Shown here: positions 19,455-28,717 of the stretch, piece after piece | How positions within the stretch are numbered: position 1 is the first letter of the stretch | Layout of the letters: every line of letters starts with the position of its first letter | Origin: Candidatus Hodarchaeum mangrovi | Lineage (GTDB): Archaea > Asgardarchaeota > Heimdallarchaeia > Hodarchaeales > Hodarchaeaceae | Direction of reading: 5' to 3' | Assembly: GCA_016839515.1 (NCBI GenBank) | Contig: JAEOUE010000102.1 | Location: 1 to 45,781 of the forward strand | Length of the DNA: 45,781 nt | Made by a program: the position numbers and the translations under genes | Notes under the pieces: model-generated | Told to the model about the DNA's origin: nothing | The model's database searches: none | Seen by the model: the letters and a program-made list of their open reading frames with translations, nothing else

Positions 19455-19550
19455 TAAATGGAATTTTCTTTCCCCCTATAACTTGATCTTCTATTATTAA
19501 GTATAAAAAGAGACTATCGTGTGTATTATGGTATTTTTAATATATAAGAA

Positions 19551-20570
19551 TTATTCTTGTCCTTTTGAGGATAAATAAAGAATTGAGTATGCTTTTTCTG
19601 GATTACTATTCAGAAATTCTATAATTGATAGTTTAAATTGATTCAATATAGATTGTCCTAGTAGATGAAAGGTAACATCATGTAATAGGTTATAATCATC
19701 TTTGTTAATTCTAAGAGAAATTTCCTTTTTATCATAATTTATAGATACATAGGTAAGCTCTACCTTTCGGATCATTTTTTTCAGAATACTCCACAGATAA
19801 GTAATTCCTAATCCTAGATCAGGTTTTCCAATAAGAACTCTTGGGTATAGTTTTATGACATCTTTCTCAGAGTCCCATCCAACTAATTCACTTCTTTCGG
19901 TCAGAAATGAGGCATAATCTTTAATTTTTTCTTTAAAATGTTTTAATGTAGGACAAAACTGAATTATTTCTGAAAAATTAAGAAAAAAAGGTCTTTGGGA
20001 ATAACCATCATTTTCTTCCTCAATTGATAAAGAATGCTGTGTAATGATGGTTCCTTGGAAAGCGAAAAATGGATCTTGATAAAAACTCCATAAAAATAAG
20101 GGTTTCGTATTTTGTCTTGCCCCCTGAATGACAGAACGAAGAAAAATAGATTCAAGGATAATTAATAATAGCATAAATCCCGTAAATATGATTGTAATAA
20201 CGTCATCTTCTTTCAATTCAATGAAAGGACTAAGAGCTACAAATGTTATGACTATTAAAAGACCAAAATTAGGAATTAATTGATTTAGATAGTTTTTACT
20301 TCGTGTTCGAAGAATTATGACAATTAAAATTCCAATAAATGGAATGTAGCTGATCCAACTCAGAAAAACAACAACTATCACAAATGATGTAATCAAATTT
20401 CTTAATGGTGACTCATAGATCTGAAATATTGGTGTTATAACAACCGTTAATCCCATTGCTAATAACAACCATATAGAAGTAGCAAAGATAGCTTGCTTTT
20501 TTTGTCTTGATCGAAATTCTGCAATTCTGGTATGGATTTTATTACTATTCGACATCAACATCTTATTCAT
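19551..20570 (-). CDS. Hypothetical membrane protein (4 N-terminal TM segments plus a soluble C-terminal domain)
   Basis: 339-aa ORF with hydrophobic segments; 10 bp downstream of the wHTH gene. Confidence 0.6.
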   Translation of the reverse strand: MNKMLMSNSNKIHTRIAEFRSRQKKQAIFATSIWLLLAMGLTVVITPIFQIYESPLRNLITSFVIVVVFLSWISYIPFIGILIVIILRTRSKNYLNQLIPNFGLLIVITFVALSPFIELKEDDVITIIFTGFMLLLIILESIFLRSVIQGARQNTKPLFLWSFYQDPFFAFQGTIITQHSLSIEEENDGYSQRPFFLNFSEIIQFCPTLKHFKEKIKDYASFLTERSELVGWDSEKDVIKLYPRVLIGKPDLGLGITYLWSILKKMIRKVELTYVSINYDKKEISLRINKDDYNLLHDVTFHLLGQSILNQFKLSIIEFLNSNPEKAYSILYLSSKGQE

Positions 20571-20580
20571 TAAAATCGCC

Positions 20581-21222
20581 TCATATTTGTTTTATTTCTA
20601 CGATATTATATCTCTCTAATTTTTTAAGAAAGGGGAGAAGAGTTTTTATGGTTATTATATCATAAATCCCCGCGTTGTTGCATATGTCTGTGAAAGACTG
20701 AAACTCCATTGTAGGATAAGGGAGATATTTCATAAAATTACTTTCAATATTAGAAAGTACAATATTTCTTCGAATGATACGTTTTGCTTTTGTTTTTTGC
20801 TGTACAATCAATTTTTTAATAGTACCATCATTTTTAAAAAGGTATTCTACTCGTGGGGAGAGATTAGGTTTTTCACGAATTAATACGTTTTGAAATTTTG
20901 GTTTTTGAATCATTTTATCAAGTTTTTTAGCCATCAATGAGAATTCAAGATTAATTGTTAAATCATCAATTTGAGTTTTGTAATATGATGGCTTTCCTGG
21001 CTTATTGAATATTTGATCTTTGTTAATAAAATGAAATTTGGTTAATAATTCTAAATACTTGCTTACAGTAGTAATATGTATGTCTAGGATTTTAGAAACA
21101 TCAGCTGCACAAGGAAATATATTTTTTTGGTTTTGTTGATAGATTATTAGTAAAATCTTCAAGCAATAGTCATTTGCAAACATTTCTTGGAACTCTTGAT
21201 AGTTAGGTCTCCATGTAAGCAA
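20581..21222 (-). CDS. Winged-HTH transcriptional regulator (ArsR/TrmB-like)
   Basis: AADVSKILDIHITTVSKYLELL...GKPSYY HTH and wing; GGTG SD before the TTG start. Confidence 0.75.
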   Translation of the reverse strand: MLTWRPNYQEFQEMFANDYCLKILLIIYQQNQKNIFPCAADVSKILDIHITTVSKYLELLTKFHFINKDQIFNKPGKPSYYKTQIDDLTINLEFSLMAKKLDKMIQKPKFQNVLIREKPNLSPRVEYLFKNDGTIKKLIVQQKTKAKRIIRRNIVLSNIESNFMKYLPYPTMEFQSFTDICNNAGIYDIITIKTLLPFLKKLERYNIVEIKQI

Positions 21223-21237
21223 AATTTACACCATTTA

Positions 21238-21266
21238 ATATTTATCTATTTCAGATAGACTAATAT
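21238..21266. promoter_or_regulatory. Inverted repeat, candidate operator of the wHTH gene
   Basis: ATATTtaTCTAT-ttcag-ATAGActAATAT between the TATA-like TTTAAA (about 21276-21281) and the start codon at 21222. Confidence 0.45.
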
Positions 21267-21503
21267 CAAATATGATTTAAAAAGCTAATTATTAAGGAAG
21301 TAAACACTAAAATCCAAATTTTCCTCTTAAAAATTTTGTATGGAAGAATAAACAACTTTCTCATATTTTTCGGGTTTTAAGAGTCAAAAAATGTTTTGAA
21401 TCATCCATTATTCTAGGATATTTTAGTTTCACTAGTTTCAAAGGCTTAACTCAGGAAGAATGATGTATTCAAAGTTTATTCATTCCTTGAAAGTTTAAAA
21501 AAA

Positions 21504-21663
21504 TGCGGGGGATGGGATTTGAACCCACGCACACCTATGTGACTGGATATCTAATCAAAAGTTGATCTTAAGTCCAGCGCCTTTGGTCAGCGCATGAAGA
21601 CAAGAAACTCGTCATCTAGCCCTAGATGCATTTTAACTTTTGACCTGGCTCGGCTACCCCCGC
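21504..21663 (-). tRNA. tRNA-Leu(TAA) with two introns: D-loop 21/22 (21583-21639, 57 nt) and 37/38 (21549-21566, 18 nt)
   Basis: GCGGGGG acceptor stem; long variable arm; CTGGA-CTTAAG|A-TCCAG; D-loop BHB central helix GGTC/GACC. Confidence 0.92.
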
Positions 21664-21846
21664 ATAAAAGGGGTAAGACCATGTAAATGCCATTTTTTCT
21701 CAACGAGAATATTTTAATGATCTCGATGGAACAACTCACCTTTCAGAAAGTTATCCTTATTTATTTTTTTCAAATGTTTTGGCTTAAATCCTGACAGTGA
21801 AGATTCTTTAACTCACCCAAACTAGCGAAATTAGAGATGAAAAAGC

Positions 21847-22605
21847 GTGAACACAAAGATACCAGAAGTACCAATTGAATATGAGGATTTTCCAGCTATC
21901 ATCTTAATTGAGCCTAGTAAACCTCAAAATTTGGGGAGTATTGCTCGTGTCATGATGAATTTTGGTTACTCTAGATTAATCCTCTTAAACCCTCAAGTGG
22001 ATTTATCTGATTCCGAGATTTCCATTGTATCTCGAAAAGCTCATTTAGTTCTAAATCAAGCAATATTAAAGTATCAATTTACAGAGATCAGAGAAGAATT
22101 TGATTATCTTGTTGGAACAACTGCTCGAATAGGTCATGATTATAATTTGTCTCGTGTATCGTTAGATTTAGATAAACTCAAAAAATCTGATCTACCCCAG
22201 GGCAACTTTGGTCTCATCTTCGGGAGGGAACAATTTGGTTTAAAAAATGAAGAAATAAGCCAATGTGATTTACTGATAACTATTCCTACTGAAACTACTT
22301 ATTCAGTAATGAATTTATCCCATGCAGTAGCCATAGTTTTGTATATTGTTAGGGAACTGCTTATTGAACGAGGGGAGACCAACGAAGTGAAAAAATATTA
22401 TCATCGTGCCTCAACTTATGATGAACGACGTCATTTAGTCAATTATTTTGAAAATTTACTCTCGACTGTACAATATCATCCCGAAAAACATCGAATGGCG
22501 ATTCAAGCGTTTGAAAATATCCTTTCACGGGGTTATGTAACAGGTCGAGAAGTAACTACATTAATGGGTGTTTTTAAATGGATTAATCTTAATTTAAAAT
22601 CTTAA
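21847..22605 (+). CDS. trmJ: tRNA 2'-O-methyltransferase, TrmJ/LasT SPOUT family
   Basis: NLGSIARVMMNFG, VGTTAR, FGREQFGL, MNLSHAV. Confidence 0.9.
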   Translation: MNTKIPEVPIEYEDFPAIILIEPSKPQNLGSIARVMMNFGYSRLILLNPQVDLSDSEISIVSRKAHLVLNQAILKYQFTEIREEFDYLVGTTARIGHDYNLSRVSLDLDKLKKSDLPQGNFGLIFGREQFGLKNEEISQCDLLITIPTETTYSVMNLSHAVAIVLYIVRELLIERGETNEVKKYYHRASTYDERRHLVNYFENLLSTVQYHPEKHRMAIQAFENILSRGYVTGREVTTLMGVFKWINLNLKS

Positions 22606-22684
22606 AATTTAAGAATCTGAAGTAATAAATATTAAGAAATTTAGTGTCATAATTCAGAGAGATATTTTGAGATAAGTAATGATA

Positions 22685-22789
22685 TGCGCCGACCGGGACT
22701 TTCATGATATTTCTCTAAAGAAATACGCATTTTGAACCCAGGTCACCTGTGTGGCAGACAGGAGTCTTACCAGACTGGACTATCGGCGC
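22685..22789 (-). tRNA. tRNA-Gly(GCC) with a 32-nt T-loop 59/60 intron (22699-22730)
   Basis: CCTGT-CTGCCAC-ACAGG; BHB TTCA/TGAA. Confidence 0.93.
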
Positions 22790-22864
22790 TTCAAAGTCGT
22801 ATTACCATTGTTTTCTCATTATTGATTAAACTAATATCTATATCTTTGATTTCGATCTGTTTTT

Positions 22865-23878
22865 TTAAATTTCGTGGTAGAGCGATTTAGAAAAGCTATC
22901 CCATCCTTTTCTAGGAATTGAAGTTAATTCTCCTAGGTAATTTGTAAACACCCCTTCAGTGTTAATAATTTGTCCGATTTTTTTCACGAAGATATTATTT
23001 TTTGATAATCGTTTTATTAATTCTTCTTCTTTTGGGATTGGTACAGTAAATACTAATTCAAATTCCTCCCCCCCAAACATGGTTAAATGTAGCTTTTGTT
23101 CTTTCGATTTTATCTGAGTGTCTAATAATGGATCTATTGGTACTTCTTCAATGAGAATCCCTTTTTGTGATAACTGAGCTAACCAATGTAAAGATATTGC
23201 CAATCCATCTGAGCTATCAATACAAGAACTAGCTAAGGAATACTTACTAAGCAATTGTCCTGTTTTTATCTGTGCTTCTGGTTCATAAAGCGCTTTTAGT
23301 GCCAATATCCCAATTTCTTCAGTGATTTTTATTTGATTCTTGTAATTATTCGTTTTTAATAATTGTGATAGTCCTATTGAGGTCAATCCGAATGAATTGG
23401 TTACATAAAGTAAATCTCCTACTTGTGCTCCATTACGAGGAATTGGTGTACCTTTTCTGATTGTACCTAGGCCTATCCCTGTAAACACTGCTTCTTCTGC
23501 TGCCCCTAAATCCCCCCCTAAATATTTTGTTCTATATCTTTGAGTTGCTTTTTTTATCCCTTTGGCTATTTCCTCTAGTTCAAACGTTGTTATTAACTCA
23601 TCAGTTACTAGTGATGATAAAAAAAAATCAGGGGTCGCTCCTTTTGCAGCTAAATCCGAAAAAGTTAAGGTAACGAGTTTCGCTCCAATTTGAAAATAAG
23701 TTTGTCTCGGAAGGAAATCTGAATAACGAGACATTGTATCGACATTAATCATTCTATATGGGGGTCGTGAAGTATATAGAAAAGCATCTTCATTCTTTTC
23801 ACTATCTTTTACTGATTCTAAATATGGTTGTAGCAGTTTTATTATATTTTTCTCACCAATTTGATTAAGACTTCCCAT
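22865..23878 (-). CDS. thiL: Thiamine-monophosphate kinase
   Basis: SDLAAKGATP, GGD, RNGAQVGD, IDSSDGL, GGEEFELVFT. Confidence 0.93.
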   Translation of the reverse strand: MGSLNQIGEKNIIKLLQPYLESVKDSEKNEDAFLYTSRPPYRMINVDTMSRYSDFLPRQTYFQIGAKLVTLTFSDLAAKGATPDFFLSSLVTDELITTFELEEIAKGIKKATQRYRTKYLGGDLGAAEEAVFTGIGLGTIRKGTPIPRNGAQVGDLLYVTNSFGLTSIGLSQLLKTNNYKNQIKITEEIGILALKALYEPEAQIKTGQLLSKYSLASSCIDSSDGLAISLHWLAQLSQKGILIEEVPIDPLLDTQIKSKEQKLHLTMFGGEEFELVFTVPIPKEEELIKRLSKNNIFVKKIGQIINTEGVFTNYLGELTSIPRKGWDSFSKSLYHEI

Positions 23879-23957
23879 ATTTTATCTCCACAATATATTG
23901 TTATCGTTCCAGTATTTTTATTTTCACCTTTCCTTTTTAGGTTAAATTGATTATAAG

Positions 23958-25061
23958 ATGAGCGATCTAACCCAAGGTGCTTCTCAACTTGATTCCATTT
24001 CAATAGATGACTCTAGAGCTCGTTTTCGTGCTTTTATAAAGCCCATTGTTATTGTACTTGTTCTTGCTATTATTCTCTCTTTGCTGACTCTTGATTATTA
24101 CAACATTCTTCAAGATACGTTTCCAGATTTTACTCCTCCTGATATTTCTCCAATACCTGAGAATCCCGAGGATCCAGGTGGTATTGCATGGGGAGCTTTT
24201 CTAAATATGTTATATTATGTCTTAATAGCCTTTATTGGAGGGATTATAGTTCTTTTTATTATTAAAAAAGGATTTATGAGGTTTTTGACCTACTTTTTTG
24301 CGTTATTAATGGGTTTTTCATGGTTTACTTTTGGACTATTCTTTGGTGGTATTATATCCACAAAAATATTAGATTTAATTTGGAGATTCTTGCCTAGTAT
24401 TATACAGCAAACGATTAACGATGTCTATAATCCAATTTTGTATCTTTTTGCTATTCTGATTGCGATTCTAGGTTTCCTTACTTTTGGTATACAATCTTTT
24501 GATAAAATTTGGTTAAGAAATACTATGATGATATTTTTTGGTGCAATGATCGGTTCCCTCTTTGCCCTGCATCTCCCCTTACTCACAGCATTCTTGATAC
24601 TCATTGGATTATCGTTTTATGATATCTATGCCGTTTTTCGTGGCCCATTAAAAGGGATTATAGATCATGGTCGAAAAACAGCTGGAGAAGTCGAAGATCT
24701 CTCCAGTTTAGGGGATGATCAAGATGTAGTTTATGAACCTGTTCCACTATTTCCCGCTTTACCGGTTTATTCTACTCCTTTAATTAATATAGGCCTAGGA
24801 GATTTCGCTTTTTTCAGTATGCTTATAAGTGTAGCCGTTGTGATAGGTATTTCCTTAGCTAGTCCTTTTCCTCTCGTTCTATCATTTATTGGATTACTTA
24901 TTGGTGTTTTGTACACTTTTAAACTTCTCCAAAAGGAACGAGCTTTACCTGGTCTCCCCTTACCTATATTTGGAGGAATTAGTTCTTTAATTCTAGGAGT
25001 GGTTTTAAGTTGGGCATTAGGTTTGACTGATTTAAGTACAATCGTTAGTTTATTTATATGA
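23958..25061 (+). CDS. Presenilin-family intramembrane aspartyl protease
   Basis: Catalytic YD (SFYDIYAVF), GLGD and PGL (PAL-equivalent) motifs; about 9 TM segments. Confidence 0.92.
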   Translation: MSDLTQGASQLDSISIDDSRARFRAFIKPIVIVLVLAIILSLLTLDYYNILQDTFPDFTPPDISPIPENPEDPGGIAWGAFLNMLYYVLIAFIGGIIVLFIIKKGFMRFLTYFFALLMGFSWFTFGLFFGGIISTKILDLIWRFLPSIIQQTINDVYNPILYLFAILIAILGFLTFGIQSFDKIWLRNTMMIFFGAMIGSLFALHLPLLTAFLILIGLSFYDIYAVFRGPLKGIIDHGRKTAGEVEDLSSLGDDQDVVYEPVPLFPALPVYSTPLINIGLGDFAFFSMLISVAVVIGISLASPFPLVLSFIGLLIGVLYTFKLLQKERALPGLPLPIFGGISSLILGVVLSWALGLTDLSTIVSLFI

Positions 25062-25127
25062 TTATTAAAAAATTTGAAATTAACCTTCCAAGGTGGATAA
25101 ATTTACAAGAATAAAGATTTTTCTATT

Positions 25128-25427
25128 TTACATCGCGAAAATGGCTTCTCTTTCTAATTGAATAAGGTATTCATTAATTTTTGATTCAATGTCGATTCCT
25201 AATTGCCCTGCAAGAATGATTGCGTTTAGAAAGGTAGTGATTATCTCATCAGCTACTTTTTCATTATTTAATAAATTTGGATCTACCATTTTTCTGATTG
25301 AACGGACTAATTCAGGATTAAAGAATGGTGACTTCATATTGGGATTTGCAGTAAAGTGGGTAATTAATGTCTTGATTCGATCTTGTATTTCTGACACACT
25401 CATGTAGTATTGCATTAGTTTTTCCAC
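25128..25427 (-). CDS. Small helical protein, degenerate MazG-like
   Basis: KVADEIITTFLNAIILAGQLGIDIE resembles the MazG EELADV...LAxxLGIDLE segment but lacks the acidic catalytic set. Confidence 0.4.
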   Translation of the reverse strand: MEKLMQYYMSVSEIQDRIKTLITHFTANPNMKSPFFNPELVRSIRKMVDPNLLNNEKVADEIITTFLNAIILAGQLGIDIESKINEYLIQLEREAIFAM

Positions 25428-25998
25428 CGTTGTTATCTATATTCTTCATGTAATTACTTGTTTTTAATCCTTTATTAATATTTTCTGGAAAAGTTTTTGC
25501 CAGTATAATTACTTAATTTTTAATTGATTCTTGTTTAAATTAGTTTTTTGTCGTATTTTTTCAAATATACACTCGAAGTCTAGGTGTGGGGGGGAAATGG
25601 AATTATCTAAAACCCGACAATATTATTCATCTGATATTTTCATAAAAACAATGAGCTGCGTTTTCTAAATAATTATCAAAAACAACTGAAATAAACTATT
25701 ATTAGGTGCATAATTAAGTGAAATAATAAATTTTTAGTGAAGAGATTGATATTCATTCAAATAATATCTGCTAAAGCTAATGCTTATTTTATCTATGATA
25801 TTTTTTTGACCAAATTTTATAATTTATTTCTCTAATTCCATAAAGAATATCGAATTATGCTTCTGATGAAATAAATAATCCTTTCTTTATATGAAAAAGT
25901 TAATTTAAACTTATAAAATTTCCATAAATTAGTTATAAATAATTCTTTAAAAGAATAAATAGTCTTGAAAGAAAAACACTGTTATGGAAATCTACACA

Positions 25999-26160
25999 AT
26001 GCCTATTACTGATCCTGAGAAACGAGAAGTTGTGCGAAAAGCTCTTTTAGAGATGACTATTTGCCGTAAGTGCTATGCACGAAATCCACCGAATGCTACC
26101 AAATGCCGACGTTGCCGATCGACAAGACTTCGCCCAAAGCGTAGAGAACGAGCTGGTTAA
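25999..26160 (+). CDS. rpl40e: 50S ribosomal protein L40e; not in the ORF track
   Basis: Translated by hand: MPITDPEKREVVRKALLEMTICRKCYARNPPNATKCRRCRSTRLRPKRRERAG. Confidence 0.96.
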   Translation: MPITDPEKREVVRKALLEMTICRKCYARNPPNATKCRRCRSTRLRPKRRERAG

Positions 26161-26280
26161 AACTCATATTTTATTCTACTATCTTGGTATTACCCAAAGA
26201 TAAGAATTTTTTTCTTATCAAAATATTTCTTTACTAATCATTTTTATTTTTTAATAATCACTATTTCTTGTGGGTTTATC

Positions 26281-27315
26281 TTGCAAACTTTTGATGGTAG
26301 TAAAGGTGAAGGAGGCGGTGCAATATTACGCTTAGTTTCCGCTCTTGCACTAGTTACTCAAGAACCGATCAAAATAATTAACATTCGAAAAAATCGTCCT
26401 AATCCTGGCTTACAAACTCAGCATCTTATGGGTATTCAGGCAATAGCTTTACTTTGTGGTGGAGAATTAGAAGGGGATCGATTAGGATCCGAAACACTTT
26501 TTTTTCGTCCATCAAATAATTGGAAATCAGAATTAACAATCTCTATCTCTACTGCGGGGAGCATTGGATTGATCCTTCAATCGTTTCAGCTCGCTCTCAT
26601 TGCTTCTAAAAATTCCGTTACTAAATTACATTTTAAAGGAGGAGCAACGTTTGGTAAATGGGCTCCTACTCTCCCTTATATAAAATATGTTACTTGGGAG
26701 GTTTTTCGAAATTTAGGTCTATCCTATGAATTGGAAATTAATCGTCATGGATTTTTCCCACGTGGAGGAGCAGAGGTGATTGCTGCTCTCCAAGTTCCAT
26801 CTAAAATTTCTGGGGCCTCTCTAATTGATTTTGAGGATCCGAAAGAAATTTTTATTAAATCATATTCAACCAATCATCTCCGGAATGCGAGAGTTGGAGA
26901 ACGTCAAATTCAATCCATTAAAAAGTCTCTCAATAACTTGAATATTCCTCTAAATGAAACATTAAATTATATTGACGCATGGAACCCTGGATCTGGGGTG
27001 TTAATCTATTCCAATCTTACGAATGGTGTGATTGGAGCTGATTATATAGGTGAAAGACATGTTTCGTCTGAAAAAGTAGGACAAGAAGCTGGAAACCGTT
27101 TTCTTTTTACCTTCAATCGGAGATGCGTTGTAGATCCTTATTTAGCTGATCAAATTCTTCCTGTTATGGCGTTAGCAGATCAGAACAGTTCTTTTACCAC
27201 TCCAATAATTACAAACCATACTAAAACCAATATGGAATTATTAATGGAAATATTAGGAGTAACTATAATTGTTGAAGAAAAAAATCAACATTATAATGTC
27301 TCTATCGATGTCTAA
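26281..27315 (+). CDS. rtcA: RNA 3'-terminal phosphate cyclase
   Basis: GEGGGAILR, RPNPGLQTQH, GFFPRGG, YLADQ and catalytic His in TNHTKTN. Confidence 0.93.
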   Translation: MQTFDGSKGEGGGAILRLVSALALVTQEPIKIINIRKNRPNPGLQTQHLMGIQAIALLCGGELEGDRLGSETLFFRPSNNWKSELTISISTAGSIGLILQSFQLALIASKNSVTKLHFKGGATFGKWAPTLPYIKYVTWEVFRNLGLSYELEINRHGFFPRGGAEVIAALQVPSKISGASLIDFEDPKEIFIKSYSTNHLRNARVGERQIQSIKKSLNNLNIPLNETLNYIDAWNPGSGVLIYSNLTNGVIGADYIGERHVSSEKVGQEAGNRFLFTFNRRCVVDPYLADQILPVMALADQNSSFTTPIITNHTKTNMELLMEILGVTIIVEEKNQHYNVSIDV

Positions 27316-27641
27316 GGTGAAGTTTCCGCTATTAACCAACTCAAATAGGGCTCTGAACCTGATTTGATAGGATAAATTACAAATGCAGGAAGTTCATAAG
27401 GATGATGAATTTTCAGTAATTCATAAATTGGTTCAATCTTTGTCTCTTGCGTTTTTGCCCAGAAAATTACCTCTGAATCTTCTTCAATGGTTTCTTGCCA
27501 TCTATAAATTGAAAAAATATTGCCAATAAGATTAACACAAGCAACTAGTTTCTGTTCAACCAAAATTTTACCAAAATGTTTCGCACTTTCCATATTAGGA
27601 AAAGTAGAGTATATAGCTACAAAAACCGTCAACATTATCAT
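27312..27641 (-). CDS. cutA: Divalent-cation tolerance protein CutA
   Basis: LVACVN, SIYRW, HPYELP; start moved downstream of the rpp21 stop. Confidence 0.92.
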   Translation of the reverse strand: MIMLTVFVAIYSTFPNMESAKHFGKILVEQKLVACVNLIGNIFSIYRWQETIEEDSEVIFWAKTQETKIEPIYELLKIHHPYELPAFVIYPIKSGSEPYLSWLIAETSP

Positions 27642-27643
27642 CC

Positions 27644-27988
27644 TTATAATTTTTTTCCAAAACCAAATCTTTTTTCTTGATGACAAATCAAGCAGTAATA
27701 ATGGATTTGTTGTTTTTTGCTATTTATCCGAATTCTAACAGTATTTACATTAAATGGGGTAGAACATGAATGGCAAAATAACATATGATACTTTCGTGGT
27801 AGATGCATCCGACCTCTTTGTCCCATTTTACGTGCAGAGAGATATAGATCTTTTGCATATTCTGGATTCTTTATTCGATTTTCTAGGCTTCTTTCTAAAA
27901 GAAATGTTATTGCTTCGCCAAAAAATTGTCGGTTAATAGAACGTTCTGAGTTTTTTTTACGTTTTTTACGTTTTTTTGACGACGCCAC
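27644..27988 (-). CDS. rnp4: Ribonuclease P protein component 4 (Rpp21/Rpr2)
   Basis: Basic helical N-terminus, FCHSC...VRIRI...CLIC...RF zinc ribbon. Confidence 0.85.
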   Translation of the reverse strand: MASSKKRKKRKKNSERSINRQFFGEAITFLLERSLENRIKNPEYAKDLYLSARKMGQRGRMHLPRKYHMLFCHSCSTPFNVNTVRIRINSKKQQIHYYCLICHQEKRFGFGKKL

Positions 27989-28184
27989 TCATTCTTACCT
28001 CGATTTATATCAATTGACCATTTTTTACGAAGTTTAATAAAGATTCGCTGTATATGACCGATTATCAGGTATAGCAACTGGAAATTATTCCAATGAAGCC
28101 CACCCAGAGTAGTGCAACAAGGTTTTTTAATTTTTTAATATTCTTCCCCTCCTGCCTACTCACATAAGATATAGAGGAAATTTT

Positions 28185-28317
28185 GCTCCGATGGTGTAGC
28201 TCGGCCCAAGAGATGTCGTGCTGTCTTTCTCGGCCAATCATTCCGGGCTTTCGCCCCGAAGACCCGGGTTCAAATGTCTTTTTCGGAGGAAACAGACTGA
28301 AATTCCCGGTCGGAGCA
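28185..28317 (+). tRNA. tRNA-Glu(TTC) with two introns: D-loop 21/22 (28209-28237, 29 nt) and T-loop 59/60 (28275-28303, 29 nt)
   Basis: GCTCCGA acceptor stem; anticodon loop CTTTCGC; BHB GGCC/GGCC and TTCA/TGAA. Confidence 0.93.
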
Positions 28318-28717
28318 TTCTTTTCTTTAAAAACCTATTATTGTTTTTATCAAGAATATTTTAAAAAAATGAGTATATAATCTAAATTAGACCCATTTAT
28401 ACTGATTTTAGGCAATAAGTGCTTTAAACCAAGAGAAATAAGTATTTAATTTTTCAGAATGAAAATATTTTGTACAACTCCCCAAGTTGCTATTTCTCAT
28501 TTTTCAATTTTAAGTACTAAAGAATCTAAATTTTATATTCATTGGGTCTTTTTTATCACAATTTTCCTCAGAATCATTTCATCTCACACCATAAATCTAT
28601 TTAAAAATTTTAAGAAGAAGGGTTTCTTACAGTGTAGTTTTTTATTAAACTTCACTAGAGATTAAAATTTCATGAATTATTTCATTTATATCTGAATTCA
28701 AAGTAATGTGATTGAAA

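Noticed and set aside
25428-25998. Firm oriC call
   Set aside because: No canonical ORB repeats and no cdc6/orc1 or whiP neighbour; kept only as a low-interest finding
28183-28380. 65-aa ORF
   Set aside because: It is a translation of the tRNA-Glu(TTC) gene
28459-28665. 68-aa F/K/I-rich intergenic ORF
   Set aside because: Composition mirrors AT-rich non-coding DNA, no motif, and it covers the likely Lsm promoter
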